In this document: in pieces, positions 45,901 to 54,675 of the stretch
How the letters are laid out: every line of letters begins with the position of its first letter
How positions within the stretch are numbered: position 1 is the stretch's first letter
Source of the DNA: Myxococcota bacterium
Lineage (GTDB): Bacteria; Myxococcota_A; UBA9160; UBA6930
Direction: 5' to 3'
Length of the DNA: 64,000 nucleotides
Assembly: GCA_965223415.1 (NCBI GenBank)
Contig: OZ245002.1
Span: 2,816,001-2,880,000 of the forward strand
Notes under the pieces: model-generated
Databases searched by the model: none
The model's input: the letters and a program-made list of their open reading frames with translations, nothing else
What the model was told of the DNA's origin: nothing
Position numbers and translations under genes: made by a program

Positions 45901-48570
45901 GACGAGGCCGCGCATGCCGGCGATGGTGTCGAGGGCGTCCGCCAGCGCGCGGTCGCCGCCCAGGTGAACGCCCTGTTGGGCGAGCAGCGATGCCCGGCGC
46001 AGGAGGGCCAGCACCAGACGGTCCCGGTGCTCGGGCTCGAGCTGGCTCGCCAGCAGCCGCAGCACGGCGCGCTCGAGGGCGTCGCTGGGCTCCAGCGTCG
46101 CGATGCCGTAGTGGGCGAGGGCGCGCCGCACCAGGTCCAGGTAGTCCTCGGCGAGGCCGGCGCCTGCGGCCCGCAGTCGGCGCACGAACATCCGAAGCCG
46201 CGCGGCGTTGGAGGGGCCCTGATCGCCGGAGACCGAAGCGGCCGGCGAGCGGATGAAGAGCGTCGCCACGTCGGCAAAAGTCACGAGCTCGTTGCGCAGA
46301 TCGGCCAGCTCCCAGCGGAAGCCCTCGCTGAGCCCTTCGGGCAGCGGCGCCTCGAGGAAGGCGGCCAGGCGGTCGGCCCGCTCGGGATTGGCGTCGTAGC
46401 CGAGCAGCACGCGGCGCACCTCGTCGCGCACCGCGAGGGTGGCAGCCCGGCGGATCGCCCGCGGCGTGGCGTCGGCGGCGACGAGATCCGGCCGGCCGAG
46501 CCTCAGCTCCCCCTCGGCAGCGAAGAGCGGCTCGAGCGGATCCGGCAGCTCCTCGAGGGCAATGCGCGTCGAGACGTGCTCCCCGTCTTCGCTCTCGGCG
46601 GACGCGTCGATCACCAGGATCACGTCGCCGGCGGCCACCTGCTCGCCCTTGCGGACGCGCACCTCGCTGACGACGCCGGCGACCGGCGCCTCGAAGGAGA
46701 CCTCCATCTTCATCGCCTCGAGGAGGCCCAGGGGCTGGCCGGCCCGCACGCTCTCGCCGGGCTCCACGTGCACCGCCACCACCATCGCCGGCGCCGCCGC
46801 CCGCACCTGGCCGGCGGTCTGGGAGCCGAAGCGGTGGGTGCGGCCCTCGACCTCGACGCGCAGGCCCGTCTCGGTGACGTCGTAGAGCAGGCGATAGGTG
46901 CGACGCCCGATCTGGAGCCGCGCCGTGTGCTCGCCCTCCTCGCGCAGGGTGGCGGCCACGACGCGGCCGTCGAGGTGCACCCGGTAGCGCCAGCCGCCCA
47001 CCGCGAAGACACCCAGCCGGTACTGGTCGCCTTCGTGGGTGAGAAGGGTTTCCTGGCCCTGGGAGGCGGGGACCCGACCCGGCGCGAGGTTCCCCGGATC
47101 CGCGAACACGTTGAGCCTCGCGATCGCCCGGTTGCGCTGGTAGGAGAGGATCGACGCGGCGACCAGCGCCGGCACCGCATGTTCGCGCTCGGCCTTCGCG
47201 GCGACCAGGCGATCGAGCCAGGTCGTATCGACGCCGCCGGCGCGGAAGTCCTCGTGCTCGAGGATCTCCAGCAGGTAGCCCTTGTTGGTCGTCCCGCCCT
47301 CGATCACCAGGTCGAAGTCCGAGAGCGCCGAGGCCAACCGCGCCCGCGCCTCCTCGCGGGTCGCGCCGGTCGCGATGACCTTCGCGACGAGGGAGTCGAA
47401 GGCCGGGGGCACCTCGCTCCCGGCGGCGACGCCGGAATCGAGCCGCACCCGCGGGCCCAGGGCGGGATCGAAGCGGGCGATGCGGCCGGGGGCCGGCAGG
47501 AAGCCGGCGTCCGGATCCTCCGCGCACACCCGCGCCTCGATCGCCGCTCCGTCCTTCCGGATCTCGAGGTGCGCGATCGTTTCGCCACGGGCGATGCGGA
47601 TCTGCGTCTGGACCAGGTCGACGCCGGCGATCTCCTCGGTGATCCCGTGCTCGACCTGCAGGCGCGGGTTCATCTCGAGGAAGAAGAGATCGTCCCCGGA
47701 GACCAGGAACTCGACGGTGCCGACGCCCTCGTAGCCCACGCGCTCGGCCAGGCGCACGGCGTCGGCCTCGAGGCGCTCGACCTGGGCGTCGGTCAGGTGG
47801 GGCGGCGGCCCCTCCTCGATCACCTTCTGGTGGCGGCGCTGGACCGAGCAGTCGCGGCAGCCGATCGCACGCACCACGCCGTCGCGATCGGCCGCGATCT
47901 GCACCTCGATGTGGCGGCCGCCTTCGACCTTCTTCTCCAGGAAGAGCCGGCCGTCTCCGAAGGCGCTCTCGGCTTCGGCGGCGGCGGATCGGTAGGCCTC
48001 GGCCAGCTGGTCCGGGGTGTCGACGACGCGGATGCCGCGGCCGCCGCCGCCGGCGGACGCCTTGATCACCAGCGGGTAGCCGATGCGCTCGGCGTGCTGC
48101 TCCGCGTCCTCCAGGGCGGCGAGCTCGCCGCCGCTCCAGGCGGTCACCGGCACGCCGGCGCGCTCCGCCAGACGCTTCGAGCCGATCTTGTCGCCGAGGG
48201 CGCGCATGGCGTCCGCACCAGGGCCGAGGAAGCGGATGCCCTCCGCCGCCAGACGCTCGACGAAGCGGGGATGCTCCGCAACGAAGCCCCAGCCCGGCCA
48301 GACGGCGTCGGCCTGGGCCTTGCGCAGGGCGGCCACGAGCCCGTCGTGGTCGAGGTAGGCGGCGACCTCGCCGTTCGGCGAAGGCAGGAGCACCGCGTCG
48401 TCGGCGTGACGGACGAAGGGCGCGTCTCGGTCGATCTCGGTGTAGAGGGCGACGGCACGCAGCTCCGACGCCTCCTCGCTGCGCAGCGCCTTGATGGCGC
48501 GGATGCAGCGCATCGCTGCCTCGCCCCGGTTCACGATGGCGATCCGCTCGATGGGCTCGAAGCGGTTCAC
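42982..48570 (-). CDS. Single-chain multidomain acyl-CoA carboxylase (BC-BCCP-central region-CT), ~1862 aa
   Basis: BC motifs NRGE, KASAGGGGRG, RDCSVQRRHQK, EMNPRLQVEH; biotinylation EAMKM; CT motifs SSGARI, ANLSGFDGS, GGAYVV; GTG start overlaps the PPTase stop. Confidence 0.9.
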   Translation of the reverse strand: MNRFEPIERIAIVNRGEAAMRCIRAIKALRSEEASELRAVALYTEIDRDAPFVRHADDAVLLPSPNGEVAAYLDHDGLVAALRKAQADAVWPGWGFVAEHPRFVERLAAEGIRFLGPGADAMRALGDKIGSKRLAERAGVPVTAWSGGELAALEDAEQHAERIGYPLVIKASAGGGGRGIRVVDTPDQLAEAYRSAAAEAESAFGDGRLFLEKKVEGGRHIEVQIAADRDGVVRAIGCRDCSVQRRHQKVIEEGPPPHLTDAQVERLEADAVRLAERVGYEGVGTVEFLVSGDDLFFLEMNPRLQVEHGITEEIAGVDLVQTQIRIARGETIAHLEIRKDGAAIEARVCAEDPDAGFLPAPGRIARFDPALGPRVRLDSGVAAGSEVPPAFDSLVAKVIATGATREEARARLASALSDFDLVIEGGTTNKGYLLEILEHEDFRAGGVDTTWLDRLVAAKAEREHAVPALVAASILSYQRNRAIARLNVFADPGNLAPGRVPASQGQETLLTHEGDQYRLGVFAVGGWRYRVHLDGRVVAATLREEGEHTARLQIGRRTYRLLYDVTETGLRVEVEGRTHRFGSQTAGQVRAAAPAMVVAVHVEPGESVRAGQPLGLLEAMKMEVSFEAPVAGVVSEVRVRKGEQVAAGDVILVIDASAESEDGEHVSTRIALEELPDPLEPLFAAEGELRLGRPDLVAADATPRAIRRAATLAVRDEVRRVLLGYDANPERADRLAAFLEAPLPEGLSEGFRWELADLRNELVTFADVATLFIRSPAASVSGDQGPSNAARLRMFVRRLRAAGAGLAEDYLDLVRRALAHYGIATLEPSDALERAVLRLLASQLEPEHRDRLVLALLRRASLLAQQGVHLGGDRALADALDTIAGMRGLVSHAVADAATLARYQIFERPEIERLAESTTKEVTAWLEAAESAPTAPPEEVLFHLADAPRAVFDRVGRWLGDPDPRRRSIALASHLRRVYSPASPLAQASQRAADHWVERVEFPGGRVVLAGTALPERTGEIASELVKAASAARDSHEWPAVYAIELFVPLAGGDEEEVFEEVGRAAEDVLGHGLPAGRLTLSGIRGEGAPLHRTWAPTPTGFRADDSYLGIHPEAAARIDLDRLGNFELERVPGPEDVYCFHGRSREVEGDERLLVLADMRSRSPDDRREAALHVAAFEHTFFEATRSLRGMLADRDPKRRLQWNRIQVYVAPEVFLDPEIAERLSRRLAPATRNLGLEKVVVRLRLLDRAAPEAPSRPTEIVISDITGANMTIQWRKPREGALSPRSEYERRVVEARRRRLVYPYEIIRMLSGSQGDGSDPDTRLPAGSFVEYDLDPQAEAPRALPCSGRPYGRNECSVVFGVMTTPTEKVPEGMKRVVVLSDPTQGMGSLADAECARIEAAIDLACELRVPVEWIPVSSGARIAMDSGTENLDATARVVRRIIRFTQAGGTIHVIVAGVNVGAQSYWDSLATMLMHTKGVLIMTQGASMVLTGRAALEASGAVSAEDEAAIGGFERIMGPNGEAQYFANDLGDAYRILYDHYRYSYIVPGEARPRPLETTDTDARDVTLDPASGGFASVGEIFDDATNPGRKRPFPMRPLMEAVVDRDGGQLERWRGWVGAEMAIVWDAHLGGTPVTLIGIESQSMAREGYHPADGPNAWTGGTLFPLSSKKVARALNAASGNRPAVILANLSGFDGSPESMRKLQLEYGAEIARAVVNFDGPILFLVVSRYHGGAYVVFSRELNPRLRAAALSGSYASVIGGGPAAAVVFPREVRARAAADERVLAARPRGRENGRAAYEQVLADVTLEKQAELAQEFDEIHSVQRALEVGSLEEIVEPSRMRPYLIGLLREELSDGAV

Positions 48571-49184
48571 GCGCGGGCCTCCCGCCACCAGGCGCCCGCG
48601 CCCTGGCGCAGGTCGGCGGCGAAGGCCACGAAACCGCCGTGGTGGGAGAGGGAGAGGTCCACGTCCACGGGCTCGCCGGCGGCCAGGACGACCGGGATGC
48701 GTCCGACCCGGTCGATCTCGAGCTCCTCGGCGGGAAGCTCGAGCCGGGTCGCGAGCTCCCGGCGCACCCGGGCGCGCAGGGCCTTGCCCGCGAGCGCTTC
48801 GCCGCCGTCCCAGGCCACGACCTGCAGCAGCACTTCGCCCCCGTCGGGCTCCTCGTCGCTGGCGATCGCGTGGAGGCGACCCTGCGCTTCGTCGACCGTC
48901 ACGGGCAGGGTGCCCCCCGGATGACGGACGACTCCACGCAGGGTCGCATCCAAATCGACTTCGAATCGCGGCGGCGAGAACACGGCGCGGCGATCGAGCT
49001 TGCGAGCCACTTTGTAGGCCGCCTCCTTCGCGGCCCAGAAGATCCAGCGCAGCCGCTCCGGCGCGCCGCTCGCGCGGAGCGACTCGAGCTCGGCGGGCGA
49101 GAAGACGCGGGCGTCCCAACGCGGATGCCGACCCGGAGCGTGCACCTCCGGGTCCCCGAGATCGACGACGTCATTGCCGATCAT
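48567..49184 (-). CDS. 4'-phosphopantetheinyl transferase superfamily protein
   Basis: MIGNDVVDL, WAAKEAAYK, SLSHHG. Confidence 0.85.
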   Translation of the reverse strand: MIGNDVVDLGDPEVHAPGRHPRWDARVFSPAELESLRASGAPERLRWIFWAAKEAAYKVARKLDRRAVFSPPRFEVDLDATLRGVVRHPGGTLPVTVDEAQGRLHAIASDEEPDGGEVLLQVVAWDGGEALAGKALRARVRRELATRLELPAEELEIDRVGRIPVVLAAGEPVDVDLSLSHHGGFVAFAADLRQGAGAWWREARA

Positions 49185-49923
49185 CGAAGTGCCTCGCTTC
49201 CATCTCGGCCAGCTGGCCGACGATTTGGCGCGCCAGGTCGACGGAGCCCCGCAACCCCTTGTGGTCGGTCTTCGGCTCGAGCACGCTCGAGGTGACGTCG
49301 AAGACGTCGCCCCGGGCCGGCGAATCCGTCCACGTCTCCTGACGCCGTCCGCGCAGGTAGACGCAGAGGACGCGGCACCCAGGAACCGTGCTCACGAGGC
49401 GCCCGACACCGTAGGCCGCTCCCTCATGGTCGACGCGTCCCGTGCGGCTCCTGCCGCCTTCCGGGAAGATCAGCACCGATTCGCCTCGGCCGAGCAGGAA
49501 GCCGACCTTCTCGAGCGTCTTCGCCACCTCGGCGCGATCGGAGCCACGCTTCACGGGCACGCACTTGAGCAGGTAGACCAGCGCCCGCTTCCACCAGGTG
49601 GAGGCGAAGTTCAGCTCCTCCGGCGTGTTCCAGGGCAGCCAGTGGAAGTGGCGCAGAAAGGTGCCCATCCCTCCGAGTGCCCAGGCGATGGCGAAGGAAT
49701 CGAACATCGTCAGGTGGTTCGCGCACACGAGAACCGGCGCGTCCGACTCGCTGCGGAGTCGGGCGTACTCCCGCCGCACGCGATCCGCTCCCTCCAGCCG
49801 CCACCGCATCACGAAGACCATGATGGCGGTGAACGCCGGGATCCACAGGAGCGAGAGCCCCCGACTGATCCGGAGCTGGAGGAGCAGCGCGCGACGATCC
49901 CTCGCCTCGAGCGCGTTCGCCAC
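49171..49923 (-). CDS. Lysophospholipid acyltransferase (PlsC family)
   Basis: NHLTMFD (HX4D), IFPEGGRSRTG. Confidence 0.88.
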   Translation of the reverse strand: MANALEARDRRALLLQLRISRGLSLLWIPAFTAIMVFVMRWRLEGADRVRREYARLRSESDAPVLVCANHLTMFDSFAIAWALGGMGTFLRHFHWLPWNTPEELNFASTWWKRALVYLLKCVPVKRGSDRAEVAKTLEKVGFLLGRGESVLIFPEGGRSRTGRVDHEGAAYGVGRLVSTVPGCRVLCVYLRGRRQETWTDSPARGDVFDVTSSVLEPKTDHKGLRGSVDLARQIVGQLAEMEARHFDDRQ

Positions 49924-49934
49924 GAAGGGATGCT

Positions 49935-50180
49935 CTAGAGCTTCTCGGCGATCAGCCCGACGCAGTCACCGACGGTGTTCACCGCGTCGACGTCCTCGTC
50001 GGCGATCTCGATGTCGAACTCGTCCTCGAAGGCGAGCACCACGTCGACCAGCCGGGCCGAGTTGACCTTCAGGTCCTCGAGGATGTTCGTGGCGCCGGAC
50101 ACGCTGGCCAGGGCGTCCTGGTCCTTCACATAGGGCGTCAGGATCTTCACCACGCGTTCCTGGATCTCGGTCGTTTCCAT
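49935..50180 (-). CDS. Acyl carrier protein (atypical NSA motif)
   Basis: 81 aa, acidic; DLKVNSARLVDVVLAFEDEFDIEI..TVGD. Confidence 0.9.
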   Translation of the reverse strand: METTEIQERVVKILTPYVKDQDALASVSGATNILEDLKVNSARLVDVVLAFEDEFDIEIADEDVDAVNTVGDCVGLIAEKL

Positions 50181-50197
50181 CGTTCTTCTCCTTGGTG

Positions 50198-51481
50198 TCA
50201 GCTCTCGTAACGACGCAGCACCAATGCCGCGTTCACGTCGCCGAAGCCGAAGCCCGCCTTCACGAGGGTTCGCAGGTCCGGCGTGTCGAGGGTCTCGTGG
50301 GGAATCGAGGCCGCGTAGGGCTCGATCTCCGGGTGGACGTCCTCGCAGTTGATCGAAGGGTGCACGAAGCCACCGCGCAGCATCTGGATGGCCGCAATGG
50401 ATTCGATCGCGCCGGCGGCGCCGAGGGCGTGCCCGATCATCGACTTGGTCGAGGTGATGGTCGGCAGGTCGTCGGGCTCGCGCTCGAGGGCGGCGGCCCA
50501 GGAGCCGACCTCCTTCGGGTCGGCGCCGGTGGCGGTCAGGTGGCCGCTGATCGCGTCGACCTCGGCCGGCGCTACGCCGCCGTCGTCCAGGGCGCCGCGA
50601 ATGCAGCGGCGCACGCTCTCCGGGTTCGGCGCCGTCATGCTACCGCCCATGCGATGGCCGCCGCAGTTCGTGGCGCCGCCGAGCAGCTCGGCGTGGATGG
50701 TCGCGCCCCGCTCCTGGGCGCTCTCGAGGCTCTCGAGCACGACCATTCCCGCCCCGGCGCCGGGGATGAAGCCACCGGCCGAGGCGCTCATGGGCCGGGA
50801 GGCCTTCTCGGGCTCGTCGTTGAAGCCGCGACAGAGCACGCGCATCGCGTCGAAGCCCGCCCAGATGTAGATGCTCGCACCCTCGACTCCGCCGCAGACC
50901 ATGCGCTTCGCCAGCCCGCGCCGGATGCGATCGAAGCCCATCACGATCGCCTCGACGCCGGTGGCGCAGGCGGTGGAGTTCGTCGTGACGGAGCCTCCCA
51001 GGGCGAGGATGCCGGAGACCCGCGCCGAGACGCCGCTGGCCATCACCTGCTCCACCCCCGTGGAGCCGATCCGTCGGACCTTCTTCGCCTCCACCAGCGG
51101 CACGACGCGCTCGGCCATGGTGTCGATGCCGCCCACCCCGGTGCCGATCACGGCGCCGGTGTCCCAGTCGACCGCGTCGTCCGCCGCGTCGGGCACGGCG
51201 AAGCCCGCGTCCTGCCACGCCTCGACCGACGCCAGGGCGGCGAAGCGATGGGAGCTGTTCATGGCCAGCTGGAGCTCCTCGTCGAAGGTCGCGGCGACGA
51301 GCTCGTCGGTGCCTTGGGGTGCCCCGGAGACGTGACAGGCCAGCTTCGCCTCGATCATCGTCTCATCGACCCGCAGGCCGCTCTTGCCCTTGCGCAGGGC
51401 GAGCTCGAACTCCCGCGCCCCGTTGCCGTTCGGCGCCACGACGCCCAGGCCCGTGACGACCACCCGATGACGTTCACTCAT
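50198..51481 (-). CDS. fabF: Beta-ketoacyl-ACP synthase, FabF/KAS II-like
   Basis: RVVVTGLG, TACATG (Cys), SGHLTAT (His), TKSMIGH (Lys/His), GFGFG. Confidence 0.85.
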   Translation of the reverse strand: MSERHRVVVTGLGVVAPNGNGAREFELALRKGKSGLRVDETMIEAKLACHVSGAPQGTDELVAATFDEELQLAMNSSHRFAALASVEAWQDAGFAVPDAADDAVDWDTGAVIGTGVGGIDTMAERVVPLVEAKKVRRIGSTGVEQVMASGVSARVSGILALGGSVTTNSTACATGVEAIVMGFDRIRRGLAKRMVCGGVEGASIYIWAGFDAMRVLCRGFNDEPEKASRPMSASAGGFIPGAGAGMVVLESLESAQERGATIHAELLGGATNCGGHRMGGSMTAPNPESVRRCIRGALDDGGVAPAEVDAISGHLTATGADPKEVGSWAAALEREPDDLPTITSTKSMIGHALGAAGAIESIAAIQMLRGGFVHPSINCEDVHPEIEPYAASIPHETLDTPDLRTLVKAGFGFGDVNAALVLRRYES

Positions 51482-51939
51482 TTCGGCACTCCGATGCCGG
51501 CGAGCTGGCCCGAGCACACGACCGTGCCGTCCTCGAGCCGCATCTCGACCTCGGCCTTCAGCTTCTTACGCCGCCAGAAGACCGGCTTCGTGAGCGTGAG
51601 CGTACGGTCTCCGGGCCGCACCATGCCCGAGTATTCGACGTTGCATTCGGTAAAGATCGTGTGAAATTTTGCCGCCTCGTCCTCACCGAAGTCGCGATAG
51701 GTGAGGTACATGGCGTACGGCACCATCCCGCACTGGGCCATCGACTCCACCAGCAGCACACCCGGCGTGACCGGATCGCCCGGGAAGTGGCCCTTGTAGA
51801 AGTCGCTCTCGGGATCCCAGCGGTAAGCGGAGAGGATGTGCTCGTCGTCCATCTCGAGGATCTCGTCGATGAACCGGAAGGGGTGCTGCTGGGGGATCAG
51901 CGCCAGTGCCTCCGCAGGAGTGAGGATCCTACCCGCCAT
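51478..51939 (-). CDS. fabZ: 3-hydroxyacyl-ACP dehydratase, FabZ-like
   Basis: [30 protein letters not shown]. Confidence 0.85.
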   Translation of the reverse strand: MAGRILTPAEALALIPQQHPFRFIDEILEMDDEHILSAYRWDPESDFYKGHFPGDPVTPGVLLVESMAQCGMVPYAMYLTYRDFGEDEAAKFHTIFTECNVEYSGMVRPGDRTLTLTKPVFWRRKKLKAEVEMRLEDGTVVCSGQLAGIGVPK

Positions 51940-52660
51940 ACATGCCTCCGTTCACGTGGAGGACGGTTCCGTTCACGTAGGTCGCCCGGGTCGCGAGCCA
52001 GGCGACGGCATCGGCCACCTCCTCCGGCGCACCCATGCGACCCTGCGGGATCTTGTCGAGAATGCCCTGCCGGATCTCGTCCGGCAGCTGGTCGGTCATC
52101 TCGGTGGCGATGAAGCCCGGCGCCACCGAGTTGACCAGGATCGGTCGGCCCGCCAGCTCCTGGGCGATCGACTTGGTGAACGCGTCGAGCCCTGCCTTCA
52201 CCATCGTGTAGGCGGACTGGCCGCGGTTGCCCGTGTGCCCCACGACGCTCGAGATGTTGACGATGCGGCCGGACTTCTGACGCAGCATGAAACGGCGGAT
52301 CACACACTTGGTGAGGTACCAGGTGCCCCGCGCCATCGCGGCCACGGCGTCGTAGTCCTCGAGCTTCATCGCCGGGAGCGGCGCGTTGCGGTTGTAGCCG
52401 GCGTTGTTCACGAGCACGTCCACCCGGCCGGCCCGCTCCTTCAGCTCGGCGACCAGGCCGTCCACCTCCTCCGGGACGGTGATGTCGGCGCGCACAAGGA
52501 AGGCATCGGGCAGCTTCTCCGCCACCTCCTTCGCCTGGGCCTCGCTGGAGCGGTAGTGCACCGCCACGCGAAAGCCCTCGTCGGCCAGGACCCGGGCGCA
52601 GGCCGCACCGATGCCCGTCCCGGCGCCGGTGACCAGGGCGATCTTCGTCTCGTCGCTCAC
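51929..52660 (-). CDS. fabG: 3-oxoacyl-ACP reductase, FabG-like
   Basis: TGAGTGIG, NNAG, SSVVG..GN.GQSAY...K, VAPGFI.TEMT, VNGGM. Confidence 0.85.
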   Translation of the reverse strand: MSDETKIALVTGAGTGIGAACARVLADEGFRVAVHYRSSEAQAKEVAEKLPDAFLVRADITVPEEVDGLVAELKERAGRVDVLVNNAGYNRNAPLPAMKLEDYDAVAAMARGTWYLTKCVIRRFMLRQKSGRIVNISSVVGHTGNRGQSAYTMVKAGLDAFTKSIAQELAGRPILVNSVAPGFIATEMTDQLPDEIRQGILDKIPQGRMGAPEEVADAVAWLATRATYVNGTVLHVNGGMYGG

Positions 52661-53652
52661 GATCCCTCCTCGAAGCGGAGCAGGGCGCGACCCCAGGTGA
52701 GGCCGCCGCCCACGGCGACCATGGCGACGTCGTCGCGGGGACCGAACTTCTCCCAGCTCATGGAGACGGCCGCGGGGCAGCTGGCCGAGCCCGTGTTGCC
52801 GCGCAGCTCGACGTTGTGGTGGTGCCGGTCGGGGGCCACGTCGCAGCGCTGGCACACCTGCTCGAGCACCCGCATGTTGGCCTGGTGGCCGGCAAAGTGC
52901 AGATCGCGGCTCGCGTCGGTGAACTCCGCCTTCAGCTCCTCGAGGCCGTCGCGGGTCTTCTTGATGGCGAACATCTGCACCGCGCGGCCGTCCTGCTCGA
53001 AGAAGTCGGTGCGCGGGATCGTCACCTTGTCCGCGTTGCCCGGGTTCGAGTCCATGGCGACGCCGAGCAGACGGGCGGGCCCTGGCACGCGCGGTGAGAG
53101 CACGGCGGCGGCGGAGCCGTCGCCGAAGAGGACCGCGCTCGCCCGATCCTCGTAGCTCAGGGTCTTCGTCAGGGACTCGTTCGCGATGGCCAGCACGAAG
53201 TCCGGCAGGGCGTCCGAACGCATCGAGGCGACGAACCACAGCTGGGCCAGGAAGCTCGTGCACGCGGAGTTCACGTCGAAGACCGGCGCTTCGATCCCGA
53301 GCTCCTTGGCGACGAAGCCTGCCTCGGCGGGACACACCAGGTCCGGGGACGAGCTACCGGAGAGCACCATGCCCACCTGCTCGGGGCCGATGCCCGCGCG
53401 CTGCATGGCGAGCCGCGCCGAGCGAGCGCCGAGCTGCCAGCTCGTGAGCTCCGCCGCCTCGTCGGCGGCGCGCAGATCCCGGTTCCGGGTCTCGCGGATG
53501 TAGTCGAGGGACAGGACCGTGCGCCGGGAGCGGATCCCGACCCGCTCGACGATCCAGTCGTCGTTCGTCCCGATGTCGAGCTCCTCGAGGAAGCCGTTCG
53601 AGATCTCGTTCTCGGGATGGAAGTGTCCGAACCCGTGGACCCACACGTTCAC
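52657..53652 (-). CDS. fabH: Beta-ketoacyl-ACP synthase III, FabH-like
   Basis: WIVERVGI..RR, SACTSF (Cys), LFGDG, HQAN (His), GNT (Asn), GGGLTWG. Confidence 0.85.
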   Translation of the reverse strand: MNVWVHGFGHFHPENEISNGFLEELDIGTNDDWIVERVGIRSRRTVLSLDYIRETRNRDLRAADEAAELTSWQLGARSARLAMQRAGIGPEQVGMVLSGSSSPDLVCPAEAGFVAKELGIEAPVFDVNSACTSFLAQLWFVASMRSDALPDFVLAIANESLTKTLSYEDRASAVLFGDGSAAAVLSPRVPGPARLLGVAMDSNPGNADKVTIPRTDFFEQDGRAVQMFAIKKTRDGLEELKAEFTDASRDLHFAGHQANMRVLEQVCQRCDVAPDRHHHNVELRGNTGSASCPAAVSMSWEKFGPRDDVAMVAVGGGLTWGRALLRFEEGS

Positions 53653-54605
53653 GCGGTGCCTCCGGAGATGTGCTCGCCGCCGTCGATGCGGATCACCTCG
53701 CCGTTGATCCAGGCGGCCTCGGGCTGACACATCAGGTAGACCACGTTGGCCACGTCCTGGGGCGTCGTGAGCCGGCGGTAGGGGTTGCGAAGCCGGGCAT
53801 GGGCGCGCATGTGCGCGTCGCCGGGAATCGCGGCCTGGGCCGGGGTGTGGGTCACGCCGGGCTGGAGCACGTTGCAGCGCACGCCGTAGGCCGCGTACTC
53901 CACCGCCACCGACCGTGCGACCGACTCGAGAGCCACCTTGGCCGCCGCCACCGCAGCGTAGCCCTTCCACGCCGTGACGTTGCCTTCACTCGTCAGCCCG
54001 AAGACCCGCGCGTCGTCGGCGAAGAGCTGCCGTTCGTGCAGCGCCTGCACCCAGTCGATCAGGCTCGTGCCCATGCTGTGGATGGTGCGGGTGAAGTCCT
54101 CGCTGTCTAGGTACCAGCGGTCGGAGTACTCGGGAGCCGAGGCGATCTCCGCCATCTCGTCGACGCCGTCCTCGAAGAGCCGGTCCGCCGCCTCGCGCAG
54201 CTTCGCCTCGTCCACGCCCAGGGCTTCCGCCAGCCGCGCCGTCGCGGGATTCGGCGGTTTTCGCTCGGGGACCAGCAGCTTCAGGTTCCCGAAGGCGATC
54301 GAGTGGAGGAGCATGCGCACGCGCCCGGTCTCGCCCATGGCGGAGGCCAGCTCTGCGATCAGCTCCGCCTGCTTCTCGGCGGAGAGAGCGTCGGCGTTGC
54401 GCGCGACCAGCTGCACGCCGTGGCCGCGGATCTTCTCGAACTCGGGCTCGATGCGCGCCATTGCGCCACGGCGATCGCGATGGATCACGCACAGGTTCAT
54501 GCCGTGGGCGGCGAGCTTCTGGGCTGTCGCCAGGCCGAAGCCGCTCGATCCGCCGAGGATCACTCCCCAGTCGTCGGCGCTGAACTGGTTTTCGGGATTG
54601 CTCAC
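53649..54605 (-). CDS. Enoyl-ACP reductase-like SDR (FabI/FabL type) with internal insertion
   Basis: GGSSGFG, LHSIA, TSEG..YAAVAAAK (YX6K), INGEVIRIDGG. Confidence 0.78.
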   Translation of the reverse strand: MSNPENQFSADDWGVILGGSSGFGLATAQKLAAHGMNLCVIHRDRRGAMARIEPEFEKIRGHGVQLVARNADALSAEKQAELIAELASAMGETGRVRMLLHSIAFGNLKLLVPERKPPNPATARLAEALGVDEAKLREAADRLFEDGVDEMAEIASAPEYSDRWYLDSEDFTRTIHSMGTSLIDWVQALHERQLFADDARVFGLTSEGNVTAWKGYAAVAAAKVALESVARSVAVEYAAYGVRCNVLQPGVTHTPAQAAIPGDAHMRAHARLRNPYRRLTTPQDVANVVYLMCQPEAAWINGEVIRIDGGEHISGGTA

Positions 54606-54675
54606 CCCATTCCTCCTGAGCTGGAACCGGAGTCGCGTCGCGCGCCGAACCTAACGCATTGCGTTATCGGCGTCA

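Noticed and set aside
50198..51481. Aromatic type II PKS or aryl-polyene cluster
   Set aside because: No chain-length factor or cyclases are present. A full reductive set including an enoyl reductase, plus PlsC, points to fatty-acyl lipid synthesis.
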